Virus record (IMG/VR): IMGVR_UViG_3300017917_001914
Coordinates: 35,207 to 99,206 of that record
From: a virus
Direction: 5' to 3' (one strand)
DNA: 64,000 nt
The notes below the pieces were generated by a model that worked only from the letters and a program-made list of their open reading frames with translations, was not told the DNA's origin and searched no databases. Shown piece by piece: positions 20,201-27,948 of the stretch. Each line of letters opens with the position of its first letter. Position 1 is the stretch's first letter. The translations under genes and the position numbers were made by a program.

Positions 20201-21096
20201 ATTCAGGTGTTGATTTATTACAAAATTGGGGTCAAGCGGGTGTTTCGTACTTTAGTAACGAATTTTATTGTAATTCAAGTAATATACCATATGCTATTTT
20301 TTCAGATTTATCTAAACATGTTGAATTTTTAATTGCAAGATTTAGTGGTAAGATAGGATTATTACCGGCAATTACTGCTAAAGATATTACTAAATTCTAT
20401 ACGTTATATTTTTCTGCGGTACAAAAGAATATTGATGTTTATAATAAATTAGTTGAAAATCCAAGTCAATTAAGTGAAATTGAAACTAGTGTTCAACAAT
20501 CTATAGATTTATTTAAAACAGGTAGTGGTAACGAAAGTGGTTCATTACCACCTAGTACTCCACCAACCGCTAATACGGATGAAGGTATTTTTAAAGACGC
20601 AAAAGCGTTTAGTACAACTTCATTAAATAATCTTGATATAAAAAATGGGGTTTTAACTGGTAATTTTGTTGTTTATTATGAAGGGGAATTATTATCTCAA
20701 GATTATCCGGCTAAATTATATATTGCAGGAGGGGTGAATAATAGAGTTGAAATTGGTAGTTTTGTAATAAAACCAACAACAAATAAAAACGTTGGTTCAT
20801 TTGTTTCTGTTCCTAAAATTACAGAAATTTTAGATGTGGCAAAAAATGATGAAACATATCGTATTACATTTATAGTTGTAGTTAATGCGTTCCCCAACAT
20901 TAGTTATGGGTTTACAAGAGTTTTAGCACCAATAAAATGTCCTGATGAAGATTTTGATTATCGTGATATAATTTCGGTAAGTACTTGGGATTCAGTTAAG
21001 GGTAATATTTGTTGTAATTGTTATAGTGAACCATATGAAGGTTCAGAAATTATTTGGGATGGTAAACGTTGTTCAAAAAATGGAACAACATGTTAA
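14224..21096 (+). CDS. Very large baseplate hub protein (gp27/VgrG-like folds with large insertions)
   Basis: N-terminal LGITSINI...ITIELEDVKGR...YPMFQLTIKGFYG; C-terminal CTVSMMGNAMIQPTMYFNL...FSGAYMIQEVNHSIGPGTFETVFKG. It follows the LysM wedge gene. Confidence 0.7.
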   Translation: MVDKSENILVEFDYNNISIIDPNKVIDNDGRVQERYVKQENLVMYANLECKVLPRTKLALGVANNDQVQTVSIASINFLKPGDKTYLDNSYTDELTGKDTITGNGVNQPKLTSVSNPNKSSDYYIKQTINSGGKQASVDNGLLGITSINIRQGLDFLPSITIELEDVKGRAMFEAGDNSPYAAFFNLPYPMFQLTIKGFYGKAVKLQLMLQTFSSRYDTSNGNFKIKLHFYTYKYTLLSEVPMAALTAVPHMYQSRVNIQTVKGSLTNFSNVQDSIVSRGYQKVRELYSEYKSKGMIPDDFPEITVVQMRDRIENFIKNILTSFSQQNLDPLTYVEEYQTLLGNLDKDVYVGAGTSWFSKYMDTENYLVKTDGNKVYTFKPEINTSQKRQNALAELQGIISKAQEKMDANSVCGINGKYTIDGKTNNNSHVPFKIKPEIFPIDLKESDVNVSETYRQRKKLSTQPTPLQLQEFKNQLSEEGIFNSLVITNKGGSEEKKFQFYTFEGVGRFEDLINQMGKDVKTAKENIQEGLTEALTNLLQKKDNGIGFVPNIRNVLAVIFANGEAFLRLMDDVHVQAWNLNDTQIKARRNAILNPETANACVDNLSTGDNKTLPIYPWPQMLVATSGKDGREQFELTYPGDKSVINQTKAYLTDLWPEVEFVEEFIRATTQTVKPPADPLTTTNPLTDVQRVSLDAIEFPISNAVYDNKEEIKYFYEIFERIFLTSNYSGLLRSNGNTQDQDKVTDVIAEAESINILQSLSNDNPFIIKKLKEFGINAGNFEILMRHISNDGTGESWQNFIRGIFNTSYIKNKVNNSSFEFLSQNLLNESKSQPLVSLPGENNVVNFISNSTSSNIFNLTDTYPFTNFTWVKNELANGNSISDIKSSYNTTKVLTYNTNKKIISNFLDITNNNDRRPFTNFLFNDIKSPIYTFDLKLFYENRSFDRQLPTEGNLRYNDYSGLVTSNQTVSMFNTPYFVNSIQEGVKNFRNNSEYPFVASAYLFLNSLPLSTLREKYKTYESNSVTDLDYIFATLKKFGAVHKLPYPWILKIGSVWNRYKNFVETGQDILDTSWSGFSYVHNYDPVTNSPTRNYGLTINGSQIDIVLEKNTTLGLETSSLINTGFYPLLINDFNVFYQGFQIYSGYTDTDIQNGFSSGVTLNYVPEAIINLPEGFDPNNPKRDLRVIPWSVYITTLDQTASYIVPSQGALINQTSNECITEETNQLKYEITGNTAMYNGSVRLFWAAPNYGYFDVDKVVKPTPLKYLKQVFNITGDTKQENFSINGKQDQYTEISEMFSVFEKEVLDSFELEFLNFSKSIYDFDDEFISNTDTETTKSFKNFQMLMRSLMKIPKVTGTNINTELVSTVSESQLNVLSNILQSFLNYDVVFKYGNPANFDKRLFYTFSNKLIADPYTWSKYSFQTPTPLPTSGGTVTLSQSIINYPNEWEALQLYVGFSEIPQLQYTNNGSYITDFFVDCNIDFSVDNIKTFAPIIKIYATQKLNDNTLNYNKFVTLMNQYIDSTDKFQNIIINKLMPKLQKQLPDVGSTPDAALATALEGPQTKLEYWESFKALNDKWISGNDFKTKTLFEDVLLMDRANRNIGDKILVDVNKLKNRLSKINPKTSMLTFVQTILVENNFVVMNIPSYVNFYNVQDAVKNPVPKPEGSLEFANTMFGTFLNVDYRNSSAKMVCFYAGKPSEQPDFKNNANVRFKGDSFDLRRASDNPLIEDQIGKIDWDKSNKVVGFNVDVGPQNQSIFHGFQIDQSAGQATAESLQQTDELVKQSSGKVAGTQNISLYNLYKNRSYACTVSMMGNAMIQPTMYFNLRHVPMFSGAYMIQEVNHSIGPGTFETVFKGIRQAVSNLPEIDSYIQTLKTNLLTSIIEKNKQDKQAAIKESGTKQNNVISQSNNTVKDATTKPANTSTDYPSCTPIRNYEKYQKIDSPTTTKSKYKDVIATIINQTQDQKLRYLVFATIYLGSSNGTELETNENNYSGVDLLQNWGQAGVSYFSNEFYCNSSNIPYAIFSDLSKHVEFLIARFSGKIGLLPAITAKDITKFYTLYFSAVQKNIDVYNKLVENPSQLSEIETSVQQSIDLFKTGSGNESGSLPPSTPPTANTDEGIFKDAKAFSTTSLNNLDIKNGVLTGNFVVYYEGELLSQDYPAKLYIAGGVNNRVEIGSFVIKPTTNKNVGSFVSVPKITEILDVAKNDETYRITFIVVVNAFPNISYGFTRVLAPIKCPDEDFDYRDIISVSTWDSVKGNICCNCYSEPYEGSEIIWDGKRCSKNGTTC

Positions 21097-21139
21097 ATTA
21101 AGTTTTTTCAAAATAAAAGATATTTATAAATAAAAGATT

Positions 21140-21364
21140 ATGGACACAAAATTAATATTAGACAACTATTTAGGTAAAAATACCAGAAGTACCGAAAAAG
21201 ATTTGGGAGATGGTTCTAAACAAGTATGTGATTTAGATACAGGAGATTGTTATACTATCAGAATGAAAGATGGTTTAATTGAAAGAGTTGATAATACATT
21301 AAATAAAAATAAAAAAATTCAAGTTGAAACCTTAACAGGAGTAAAACAACTATTAAACGGTTAA
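21140..21364 (+). CDS. Hypothetical protein (74 aa)
   Basis: Clean ORF with TATTTAT at 21121-21127 and an A-rich leader; contains CDLDTGDC. Confidence 0.75.
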   Translation: MDTKLILDNYLGKNTRSTEKDLGDGSKQVCDLDTGDCYTIRMKDGLIERVDNTLNKNKKIQVETLTGVKQLLNG

Positions 21365-21368
21365 TAAC

Positions 21369-22040
21369 ATGAAAAAAATAGACAATCAAATTTTAGAAGA
21401 GATTGCTAGATATAATTCTATCAATCAATATATTGTTGAACAAGATGCTACATTACCTCCACCACCTGGTGAGGTTGACCCAAACGCCGCTCCGGCACCT
21501 GATGCGGGATTAGCACCACCGGCTGACCCAAACGCGGCACCACCGGCACCGGCAGCACCGGCTGGCCCTCAACCTGTTGATGTTGCTAATGACCCTGATG
21601 TTGAGAAAGTTGGTGAAGATGAAAAATCAGAATCAAAAACTGAAGAAATGGATATTACTGATTTAGTAAAATCTCAGAAAAAAGTTGAAGAAAAACAAGA
21701 AGAATATTTTAACAACCTATTTCAACATTTAGATAATTTAGAAACTAAATTAGGTGAAATGGATGGTATCATGACTAAATTAAATGACTTGGAGGCTAAA
21801 GTTGAAAAATACAGAGAAAAAACACCTCAAGAAAGATTAGAATTAAGAACATTAGATTCAGGGCCTTTTAATCAAAAATTAAGTCAATTCTTTGATGATA
21901 AAGAAGAAGATATGGAAAAATCGGGAAAAAATGAATATGTTTTAACCCAAGACGAAGTTGAAGATTATTCACCAAATGAGATTAGAAAAACCTTCAGAAA
22001 TTTTGAAGATGAAACAAATCCATTTAGACAAGTAAAATAA
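21369..22040 (+). CDS. Hypothetical acidic Pro/Ala-rich coiled-coil protein (possible head-internal/scaffold-like)
   Basis: PPPPGEVDPNAAPAP... low-complexity tract, then a heptad-like LDNLETKLGEMDGIMTKLNDLEAKV segment. Confidence 0.6.
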   Translation: MKKIDNQILEEIARYNSINQYIVEQDATLPPPPGEVDPNAAPAPDAGLAPPADPNAAPPAPAAPAGPQPVDVANDPDVEKVGEDEKSESKTEEMDITDLVKSQKKVEEKQEEYFNNLFQHLDNLETKLGEMDGIMTKLNDLEAKVEKYREKTPQERLELRTLDSGPFNQKLSQFFDDKEEDMEKSGKNEYVLTQDEVEDYSPNEIRKTFRNFEDETNPFRQVK

Positions 22041-22043
22041 TAT

Positions 22044-22070
22044 AAACGGTCTTAATGACCGTTTTTTTTT
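22044..22070 (+). terminator. Rho-independent terminator
   Basis: AAACGGTC-TTAAT-GACCGTTT with a T9 run. Confidence 0.85.
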
Positions 22071-22080
22071 ACTAATATTA

Positions 22081-22112
22081 TTTGACAAACACACGGCTGA
22101 CACTTATACTTT
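22081..22112 (+). promoter_or_regulatory. Host-RNAP-type (early/middle) promoter for the replication block
   Basis: TTGACA (22082-22087), 17 nt spacer, TATACT (22105-22110). Confidence 0.75.
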
Positions 22113-22139
22113 AATAAACCTTTAAATATTTTAAACACT

Positions 22140-22994
22140 ATGGCGACAAATTCATTAGACGCAGTTTTGGCTCAATACGAGCAATCAAAACAAGGTGGTT
22201 CTTCTAACACCTCAAAATTCACACAAGAAGAAAGAATGAAAAAATACTTCGCGGCAATCCTTTCAGATAAGGAAACTCAAGGCCAAAGAAGATTAAGAAT
22301 CTTACCAACTAAAGATGGTTCTTCACCATTTAAAGAAGTTTGGTATCACGAGATTCAAGTTGATGGTAAATTCCAAAAATTTTATGACCCGGGTAAAAAT
22401 GACAATGAACGTTCACCTTTAAATGAGGTTTACGAAGAACTTCGTTCTACCGGAAAAGAATCTGACAAAGAGTTGGCTAAACAGTACTTATCACGTAAGT
22501 TTTATATTGTGAAAGTTATTGATAGAGATAACGAGGAAGATGGGGTTAAATTTTGGAGATTTAAACATAACTACAAAAATGAAGGAATTTTAGATAAAAT
22601 TATTCCTATTTGGAGAAATAAAGGTGATATTACCGACCCTGTAACAGGTAGAGATATCATTTTAGAATTAACTAAAGCAAAAACTCCAAAAGGTGCTCAG
22701 TACACTGTAATTCAAACGGTTATGTATGATGATGCGGCTCCGGTTCACGAAGACAAAACAACAGCAGATAGTTGGATTAACGATGAGTTATCTTGGGAAG
22801 ATGTTTATTCTAAAAAACCTGTTGAGTATTTAGAAGCTATTGCAAGAGGAGAAACTCCAAAATGGAATTCTGATAAAGGTGGTTACGACTATGGTAATTC
22901 AGATGAGGATGAAACTTCATTTGGTGGAGCAAAACCTTCAGGTTATGAAGACCCACAAGCGGGTGCTGAAGGGGAAGATGATATGCCATTCTAA
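22140..22994 (+). CDS. Single-stranded DNA-binding protein (T4 gp32-like)
   Basis: RLRILP, FYIVKVIDRDNEEDGVKFWRF, GDITDPVTGRDI and an acidic C-terminal tail ending EDDMPF. It is adjacent to recA. Confidence 0.85.
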   Translation: MATNSLDAVLAQYEQSKQGGSSNTSKFTQEERMKKYFAAILSDKETQGQRRLRILPTKDGSSPFKEVWYHEIQVDGKFQKFYDPGKNDNERSPLNEVYEELRSTGKESDKELAKQYLSRKFYIVKVIDRDNEEDGVKFWRFKHNYKNEGILDKIIPIWRNKGDITDPVTGRDIILELTKAKTPKGAQYTVIQTVMYDDAAPVHEDKTTADSWINDELSWEDVYSKKPVEYLEAIARGETPKWNSDKGGYDYGNSDEDETSFGGAKPSGYEDPQAGAEGEDDMPF

Positions 22995-23005
22995 TCAATG
23001 AAAAT

Positions 23006-23091
23006 AACTTGGACAAATAACTTGGACACGAACTTAGACATCGTGTCCAAGTTGTCTAAAAAACTTACAAAAAATAACATTTACTTGGACA
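23006..23091. repeat. Cluster of ACTTRGACA direct and inverted repeats in the recA leader
   Basis: AACTTGGACA at 23006 and 23019, AACTTAGACA at 23031, inverted TGTCCAAGTT at 23044, TGTCTAA at 23053, TACTTGGACA at 23082. Confidence 0.9.
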
Positions 23092-23092
23092 T

Positions 23093-24091
23093 ATGGGAAT
23101 AAAAAAGAAAACCTTCTCTATGGAGGATATAAAAAACAAATACTCTACTAAAACAAAATATAAAGACGAAAGTTATTATAATTGTGGTGAAGCGTTTATG
23201 GAGGCTTGTGGATTACCAGGGCCTATTATGGGTGGAATCAATATGTTTTTAGGTCATTCAAACTCATCAAAAACAACCGCAATGATTTTAGCTGCGGCTG
23301 ATGCTCAAAGAAGAGGTGATTTACCGGTTCTTATGATTACAGAAAAAAAATGGAGTTGGACTCACGCTGTTGAGTTAGGATTACAAGCGGAACAAGATGA
23401 AGATGGTAATTGGGATGGTCATTTTATCTTTAATGATAGTTTTGATTATATTGAACAATTAACTGACTATATGAATGATATATTGGATGCTCAAGAAAGT
23501 GGGGAAATTCCTTATAATATTTTATTTTGTTGGGATTCTGTTGGTTCAGTTCCTTGTAAAATGACTTACGAAGGTAAGGGTGGAAAAATGCACAACGCTG
23601 CGGCACTTGCTGATACAATTGGTATGGGTATTCACTCGAGAATTTCTAAAACCAAAAAAGAAAGTGTTCCATATTACGCAACTATGGTTGTAATTAATCA
23701 ACCTTGGGTTGACTTACCGGACAATCCTTTTGGACAACCTGAGATTAAAGCTAAAGGTGGTGAGGCATTATGGTTAGCATCAAGTTTAGTATTCTTATTT
23801 GGTAATCAGAAGAAAGCGGGTATTAACCACATCACAGCAACTAAGAATGGTAGAACAGTGGCTTACGCTACAAGAACTAAAATATCTGTATTGAAAAACC
23901 ACGTTAATGGTATTTCATTCAAAGATGGTAAGATTATTGCAGTACCCCAAGGGTATATTAAAGACGATAAAGTGGCTTTAGACAAATACAAAAAAGAATA
24001 TTCAGAATTTTGGAATAAAATCTTATCAGGTGATGGTGACATTATCTTCAAAGATGTTGTAACAAAAGTAGAAGAAGAGGACGAAGACTAG
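23093..24091 (+). CDS. recA: RecA/UvsX-like recombinase
   Basis: Walker A-like GHSNSSKTT, ITEKK, Walker B FCWDSVG, VVINQ, KAKGGEAL, KISVLKNHV. Confidence 0.9.
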   Translation: MGIKKKTFSMEDIKNKYSTKTKYKDESYYNCGEAFMEACGLPGPIMGGINMFLGHSNSSKTTAMILAAADAQRRGDLPVLMITEKKWSWTHAVELGLQAEQDEDGNWDGHFIFNDSFDYIEQLTDYMNDILDAQESGEIPYNILFCWDSVGSVPCKMTYEGKGGKMHNAAALADTIGMGIHSRISKTKKESVPYYATMVVINQPWVDLPDNPFGQPEIKAKGGEALWLASSLVFLFGNQKKAGINHITATKNGRTVAYATRTKISVLKNHVNGISFKDGKIIAVPQGYIKDDKVALDKYKKEYSEFWNKILSGDGDIIFKDVVTKVEEEDED

Positions 24092-24113
24092 TACTAATGT
24101 AAACAAACAAAAA

Positions 24114-25115
24114 GTGGTTAAAACACTATTAGTGGATGGTAACAATTTAACAAAAATTGGATTCCACGGGGTTAAAGATTTTTTTAATAAAGGTAAACAC
24201 ATAGGTGCCGTATGGCACTTTGTGAATACCCTTCGTAGACTTATAGACGAAGAAAACTACGACAAAGTAGTTGTGTTTTGGGATGGGGATGATAATTCCC
24301 TTACCCGAAAAACATTATATCCCCAATATAAAGAAAAAAGACGTACAACCGATGAGTTCAAAGACCAATCTTTTGAAGAACAAAAAGAGAGGATTAAGGC
24401 GTATTTGGAAGAGTGTTATGTAAGACAAATAAACGTTGAAAAAAATGAGGCGGATGATTTGATTGCTTACTACTGCCAAATCTCGGAGAACGAACAAAAG
24501 ACCATATTCTCGGGAGATAAAGACCTTATTCAACTTATCTCTGATAAGGTATCTTTATATTATCCAAAAACAAAACAAACATTTAGAAATGGAGACAAAG
24601 TAATGTTGGAATATTATTATTTCCCACATCAAAATGTTCGTACCTATAAAATTTTATCAGGTGATAAATCCGATAATATTGATGGTATTTCCGGACTTGG
24701 AGAGAAAACTCTTGTAAAGTTTTTTCCTGAGTTACTTGAAAAACCGGTTTCTGTTTCCGATATTTTAGAAAAGGCTGAAATCCTACTAAAAGAGAATAAA
24801 AGTAATAAAACTTTACAAAATCTATTATCCGGAAAAACAAGAACCGGAGTATATGGTAATGAGTTTTTTGAAGTTAACCAAAAGATTGTTGACTTATCAA
24901 ATCCTCTGATAACAGAAGAAGGTAAAGAAATGGTCGAATTATATTATAGGGAAACTTTAGACCCTGACGGAAGGGGTCATAGAAACCTAATAAAGATGAT
25001 GATGGAAGACGGATTTTTTAAATATCTACCGAAAGGGGATGACACTTGGGTGAATTTTGTTAGACCCTTTTTAAAACTAACAAGAAAAGAAAAAAGAAAT
25101 TATAACAACAATTAA
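24114..25115 (+). CDS. 5'-3' exonuclease / flap endonuclease (Pol I N-terminal, T4 RNase H-like)
   Basis: LLVDGNN, VFWDG, RKTLYPQYK, EADDLIA, SGDKDLIQL, GDKSDNIDGISGLGEKT (H3TH). GTG start. Confidence 0.93.
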   Translation: MVKTLLVDGNNLTKIGFHGVKDFFNKGKHIGAVWHFVNTLRRLIDEENYDKVVVFWDGDDNSLTRKTLYPQYKEKRRTTDEFKDQSFEEQKERIKAYLEECYVRQINVEKNEADDLIAYYCQISENEQKTIFSGDKDLIQLISDKVSLYYPKTKQTFRNGDKVMLEYYYFPHQNVRTYKILSGDKSDNIDGISGLGEKTLVKFFPELLEKPVSVSDILEKAEILLKENKSNKTLQNLLSGKTRTGVYGNEFFEVNQKIVDLSNPLITEEGKEMVELYYRETLDPDGRGHRNLIKMMMEDGFFKYLPKGDDTWVNFVRPFLKLTRKEKRNYNNN

Positions 25116-25123
25116 TTAAAACT

Positions 25124-25576
25124 ATGAAAGACCAAGAATCGGTAAAATTAGAGTTCTTAATGATGGTAAACGACAACATCATTGTACAGAGATTTTTTAA
25201 TGTGAGAGAGTTTAACAATGAGGCTAAAAACTCATTAGAACTTTATGAATTACTTCGTGAATTTAAAGACGATATTCAATCACAATTAGCATTGAAAACC
25301 GTAACGTATATGACGGACAATATGTACGAAATTATTAACAATCCGGCGATTTTAGAAACGTCATACACTGACGGCCCGGAGTACTTCAACATCTTCATCA
25401 AACAAAATGATGTGACAATTTGTCATAGACAAGTGGACGCTAAAGTATACCCTCCAAAGATAAGATATACTGTGGATGTACGCCCACACCTAAAAAACTT
25501 ATTGATGAACTTGACTGACATTTTTTCATCTAAAAATTTAACAAAAAAATATCTAGAAGTTAACCTAAGTGTGTAG
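25124..25576 (+). CDS. Hypothetical protein in the replication block
   Basis: Clean 150-aa ORF tightly packed between the exonuclease and the helicase. Confidence 0.75.
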   Translation: MKDQESVKLEFLMMVNDNIIVQRFFNVREFNNEAKNSLELYELLREFKDDIQSQLALKTVTYMTDNMYEIINNPAILETSYTDGPEYFNIFIKQNDVTICHRQVDAKVYPPKIRYTVDVRPHLKNLLMNLTDIFSSKNLTKKYLEVNLSV

Positions 25577-25606
25577 TATTTATTATTACACTAAAAGAAA
25601 AAATAT

Positions 25607-26992
25607 ATGGCGTCAAACAAAAATTTCGAGTATCTAGGTAGTACCTTTCAGATACAATTATTAAACCAAATCATTATCGATAAAGATTTCTCAAGGTCTA
25701 TTATAGATGTGATTGAAACAAGTTATTTTGAGAATAAATACTTCAAATTAATCATTCAAATGATTAAAGAGTATTACACAAAATACGAACACACACCAAC
25801 CTTTGACACATTAGAACAAATCACAAAATCTGAGATACAACAACCTCTGGCTGCAAAAATCATTATTGATACCCTTAATAAAGTTAAGGAATCAACACTT
25901 GAGGGGGCGGAATTTGTACAAGAAAAATCGATGAAGTTTTGTAAACAACAAGAGTTACAAAAAGTTATGGTTAAGGCTCAAAAAATCATCGACACGGGTG
26001 AATTTGAGAGTTATGACACATTAGAAGAGATGGTTAGTAAAGCTCTTCAAGTGGGTGAACATGATAAGGGAACTGAAAGTGTTTTCAGTAATTTAGACGA
26101 CGTTTTAAACGAGGATTATCGTCATCCGATACCGATGGGTATTCCGGGGATAGATAGACTCTTAAAAGGTGGTTTAGCTAAAGGTGAAATTGGTGTTGTT
26201 TTAGCACCAACAGGGGTAGGTAAATCGACTTTACTAACAAAAATCTCAAATCACGCATTTAATTTGGGATACAATGTTTTACAAATTTTCTTTGAGGATA
26301 ACCCAAAGATTATCCAACGTAAACACATTACTTTATGGACAAAAATCCACCCGGATGAATTGTCTTTAAGAAAAGATGAAGTTATGGTAAAAGTTAAAGA
26401 GGTTAAAGAAAAAATGACTAATGAACTTATACTTAAAAAACTTCCATCTGATACCGTAACAATGATGCAAATTAAGAATCAAATTAGAAAAATGATTTCT
26501 GAAGGAAACAAAATTGATATGGTATTATTAGACTACATTGATTGTGTTGTTCCTGATAAAAACTTGGGGGATGAATGGAAATCTGAGGGGTCTGTGATGA
26601 GAGCATTTGAGGCTATGTGTCACGAGTTGGACATCGTTGGGTGGACTGCAACTCAAGGTAATAGAAGTTCAATATCTTCAGATGTAGTAACTACCGACCA
26701 AATGGGTGGTTCTATCAAAAAAGCTCAGGTTGGACACGTAATCATTTCCGTGGCTAAATCTCTACAACAAAAAGAAATGAAATTAGCAACAATAGCTATT
26801 ACAAAATCACGTATTGGTGATGATGGGATAGTATTTGAGAATTGTAAATTTGATAATGGTATGTTAGAGATAGACACAGAAAGTTCAGTAACATTCTTGG
26901 GTCTTGAAGAACAAACCGAAGAAAGAAACCGTCAAAGAATTAAAGATTTGATGGACAAAAGAAAAGAAAAAAACCAAACACAAAATAATTAA
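25607..26992 (+). CDS. dnaB: Replicative DnaB/gp41-like (SF4) helicase
   Basis: [17 protein letters not shown], Walker [28 protein letters not shown]. Confidence 0.93.
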   Translation: MASNKNFEYLGSTFQIQLLNQIIIDKDFSRSIIDVIETSYFENKYFKLIIQMIKEYYTKYEHTPTFDTLEQITKSEIQQPLAAKIIIDTLNKVKESTLEGAEFVQEKSMKFCKQQELQKVMVKAQKIIDTGEFESYDTLEEMVSKALQVGEHDKGTESVFSNLDDVLNEDYRHPIPMGIPGIDRLLKGGLAKGEIGVVLAPTGVGKSTLLTKISNHAFNLGYNVLQIFFEDNPKIIQRKHITLWTKIHPDELSLRKDEVMVKVKEVKEKMTNELILKKLPSDTVTMMQIKNQIRKMISEGNKIDMVLLDYIDCVVPDKNLGDEWKSEGSVMRAFEAMCHELDIVGWTATQGNRSSISSDVVTTDQMGGSIKKAQVGHVIISVAKSLQQKEMKLATIAITKSRIGDDGIVFENCKFDNGMLEIDTESSVTFLGLEEQTEERNRQRIKDLMDKRKEKNQTQNN

Positions 26993-26996
26993 AAAA

Positions 26997-27947
26997 ATGG
27001 AAGAAAAAATATTAAAAGAAAATCCGAATAGATTCGTGATTTTCCCAATTGAACATAATGATATTTGGGAATTTTACCAACAACATCAATCGGCATTTTG
27101 GACGGCAGAAGAAGTAGATTTATCTAATGACATTAGAGATTGGGAAAATTTAACTGATAACGAAAGATTCTTTGTGAAGAATGTATTATCATTTTTTGCG
27201 GCATCTGACGGAATTGTTAACGAAAATCTTGCGGAGAATTTCTTAAAAGAAGTTCAATACCCTGAGGCTAAGTTTTTCTACGGATTCCAACTTATGGCTG
27301 AGAATATTCACTCTTTAATGTATTCATTATTGATAGATACTTATATTTCAGATGCTAATGAGAAAGACGAATGTTTTCACGCAATTGATAAATTACCTGC
27401 GGTTCAAAAGAAAGCAAAATGGGCTTTGGATTGGATTGAAAATTCAACATTCCAAGAAAGATTAATCGCGTTCGCGGCTGTTGAAGGTATTTTCTTTTCT
27501 GGTTCGTTCTGTTCAATCTTTTGGTTAAAATCAAGAGGGATTATGCAAGGTTTATGTAATGCTAATTCATTGATATTCAAAGATGAAAACTTACACTGTG
27601 ATTTTGCAATTCATTTGGTTAATAATCATTTAGAAAACAAACCAAGTGAGAAAAGAATTAGAGAAATTTTATTATCTGCTTTGGAGATTGAAAAAGAGTT
27701 CATTACAGAATCTATACCAGTTTCATTAATCGGTATGAATTCAAATTTAATGAAACAATATCTTGAATTTGTAACCGATGGTTTATTAGTTAAATTTGGT
27801 TGTAAAAAACAATTTAATGTGGAACAACCATTTAAATTTATGGAACAAATAGCTGTTGAAACAAAAGGTAACTTTTTTGAATCTAGAACTATGGAATACC
27901 AAAAGGCTAAATTAGGTGAGTCATTAACATTTACAGACGATTTTTAA
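26997..27947 (+). CDS. nrdB: Ribonucleotide reductase class Ia beta subunit
   Basis: [30 protein letters not shown] (radical Tyr), [27 protein letters not shown]. Confidence 0.97.
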   Translation: MEEKILKENPNRFVIFPIEHNDIWEFYQQHQSAFWTAEEVDLSNDIRDWENLTDNERFFVKNVLSFFAASDGIVNENLAENFLKEVQYPEAKFFYGFQLMAENIHSLMYSLLIDTYISDANEKDECFHAIDKLPAVQKKAKWALDWIENSTFQERLIAFAAVEGIFFSGSFCSIFWLKSRGIMQGLCNANSLIFKDENLHCDFAIHLVNNHLENKPSEKRIREILLSALEIEKEFITESIPVSLIGMNSNLMKQYLEFVTDGLLVKFGCKKQFNVEQPFKFMEQIAVETKGNFFESRTMEYQKAKLGESLTFTDDF

Positions 27948-27948
27948 T

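Noticed and set aside
23006-23091. recA-leader repeats as a mini CRISPR array
   Set aside because: Units are only about 10 bp with 2-3 bp gaps and mixed orientation; there are no spacers or cas operon.
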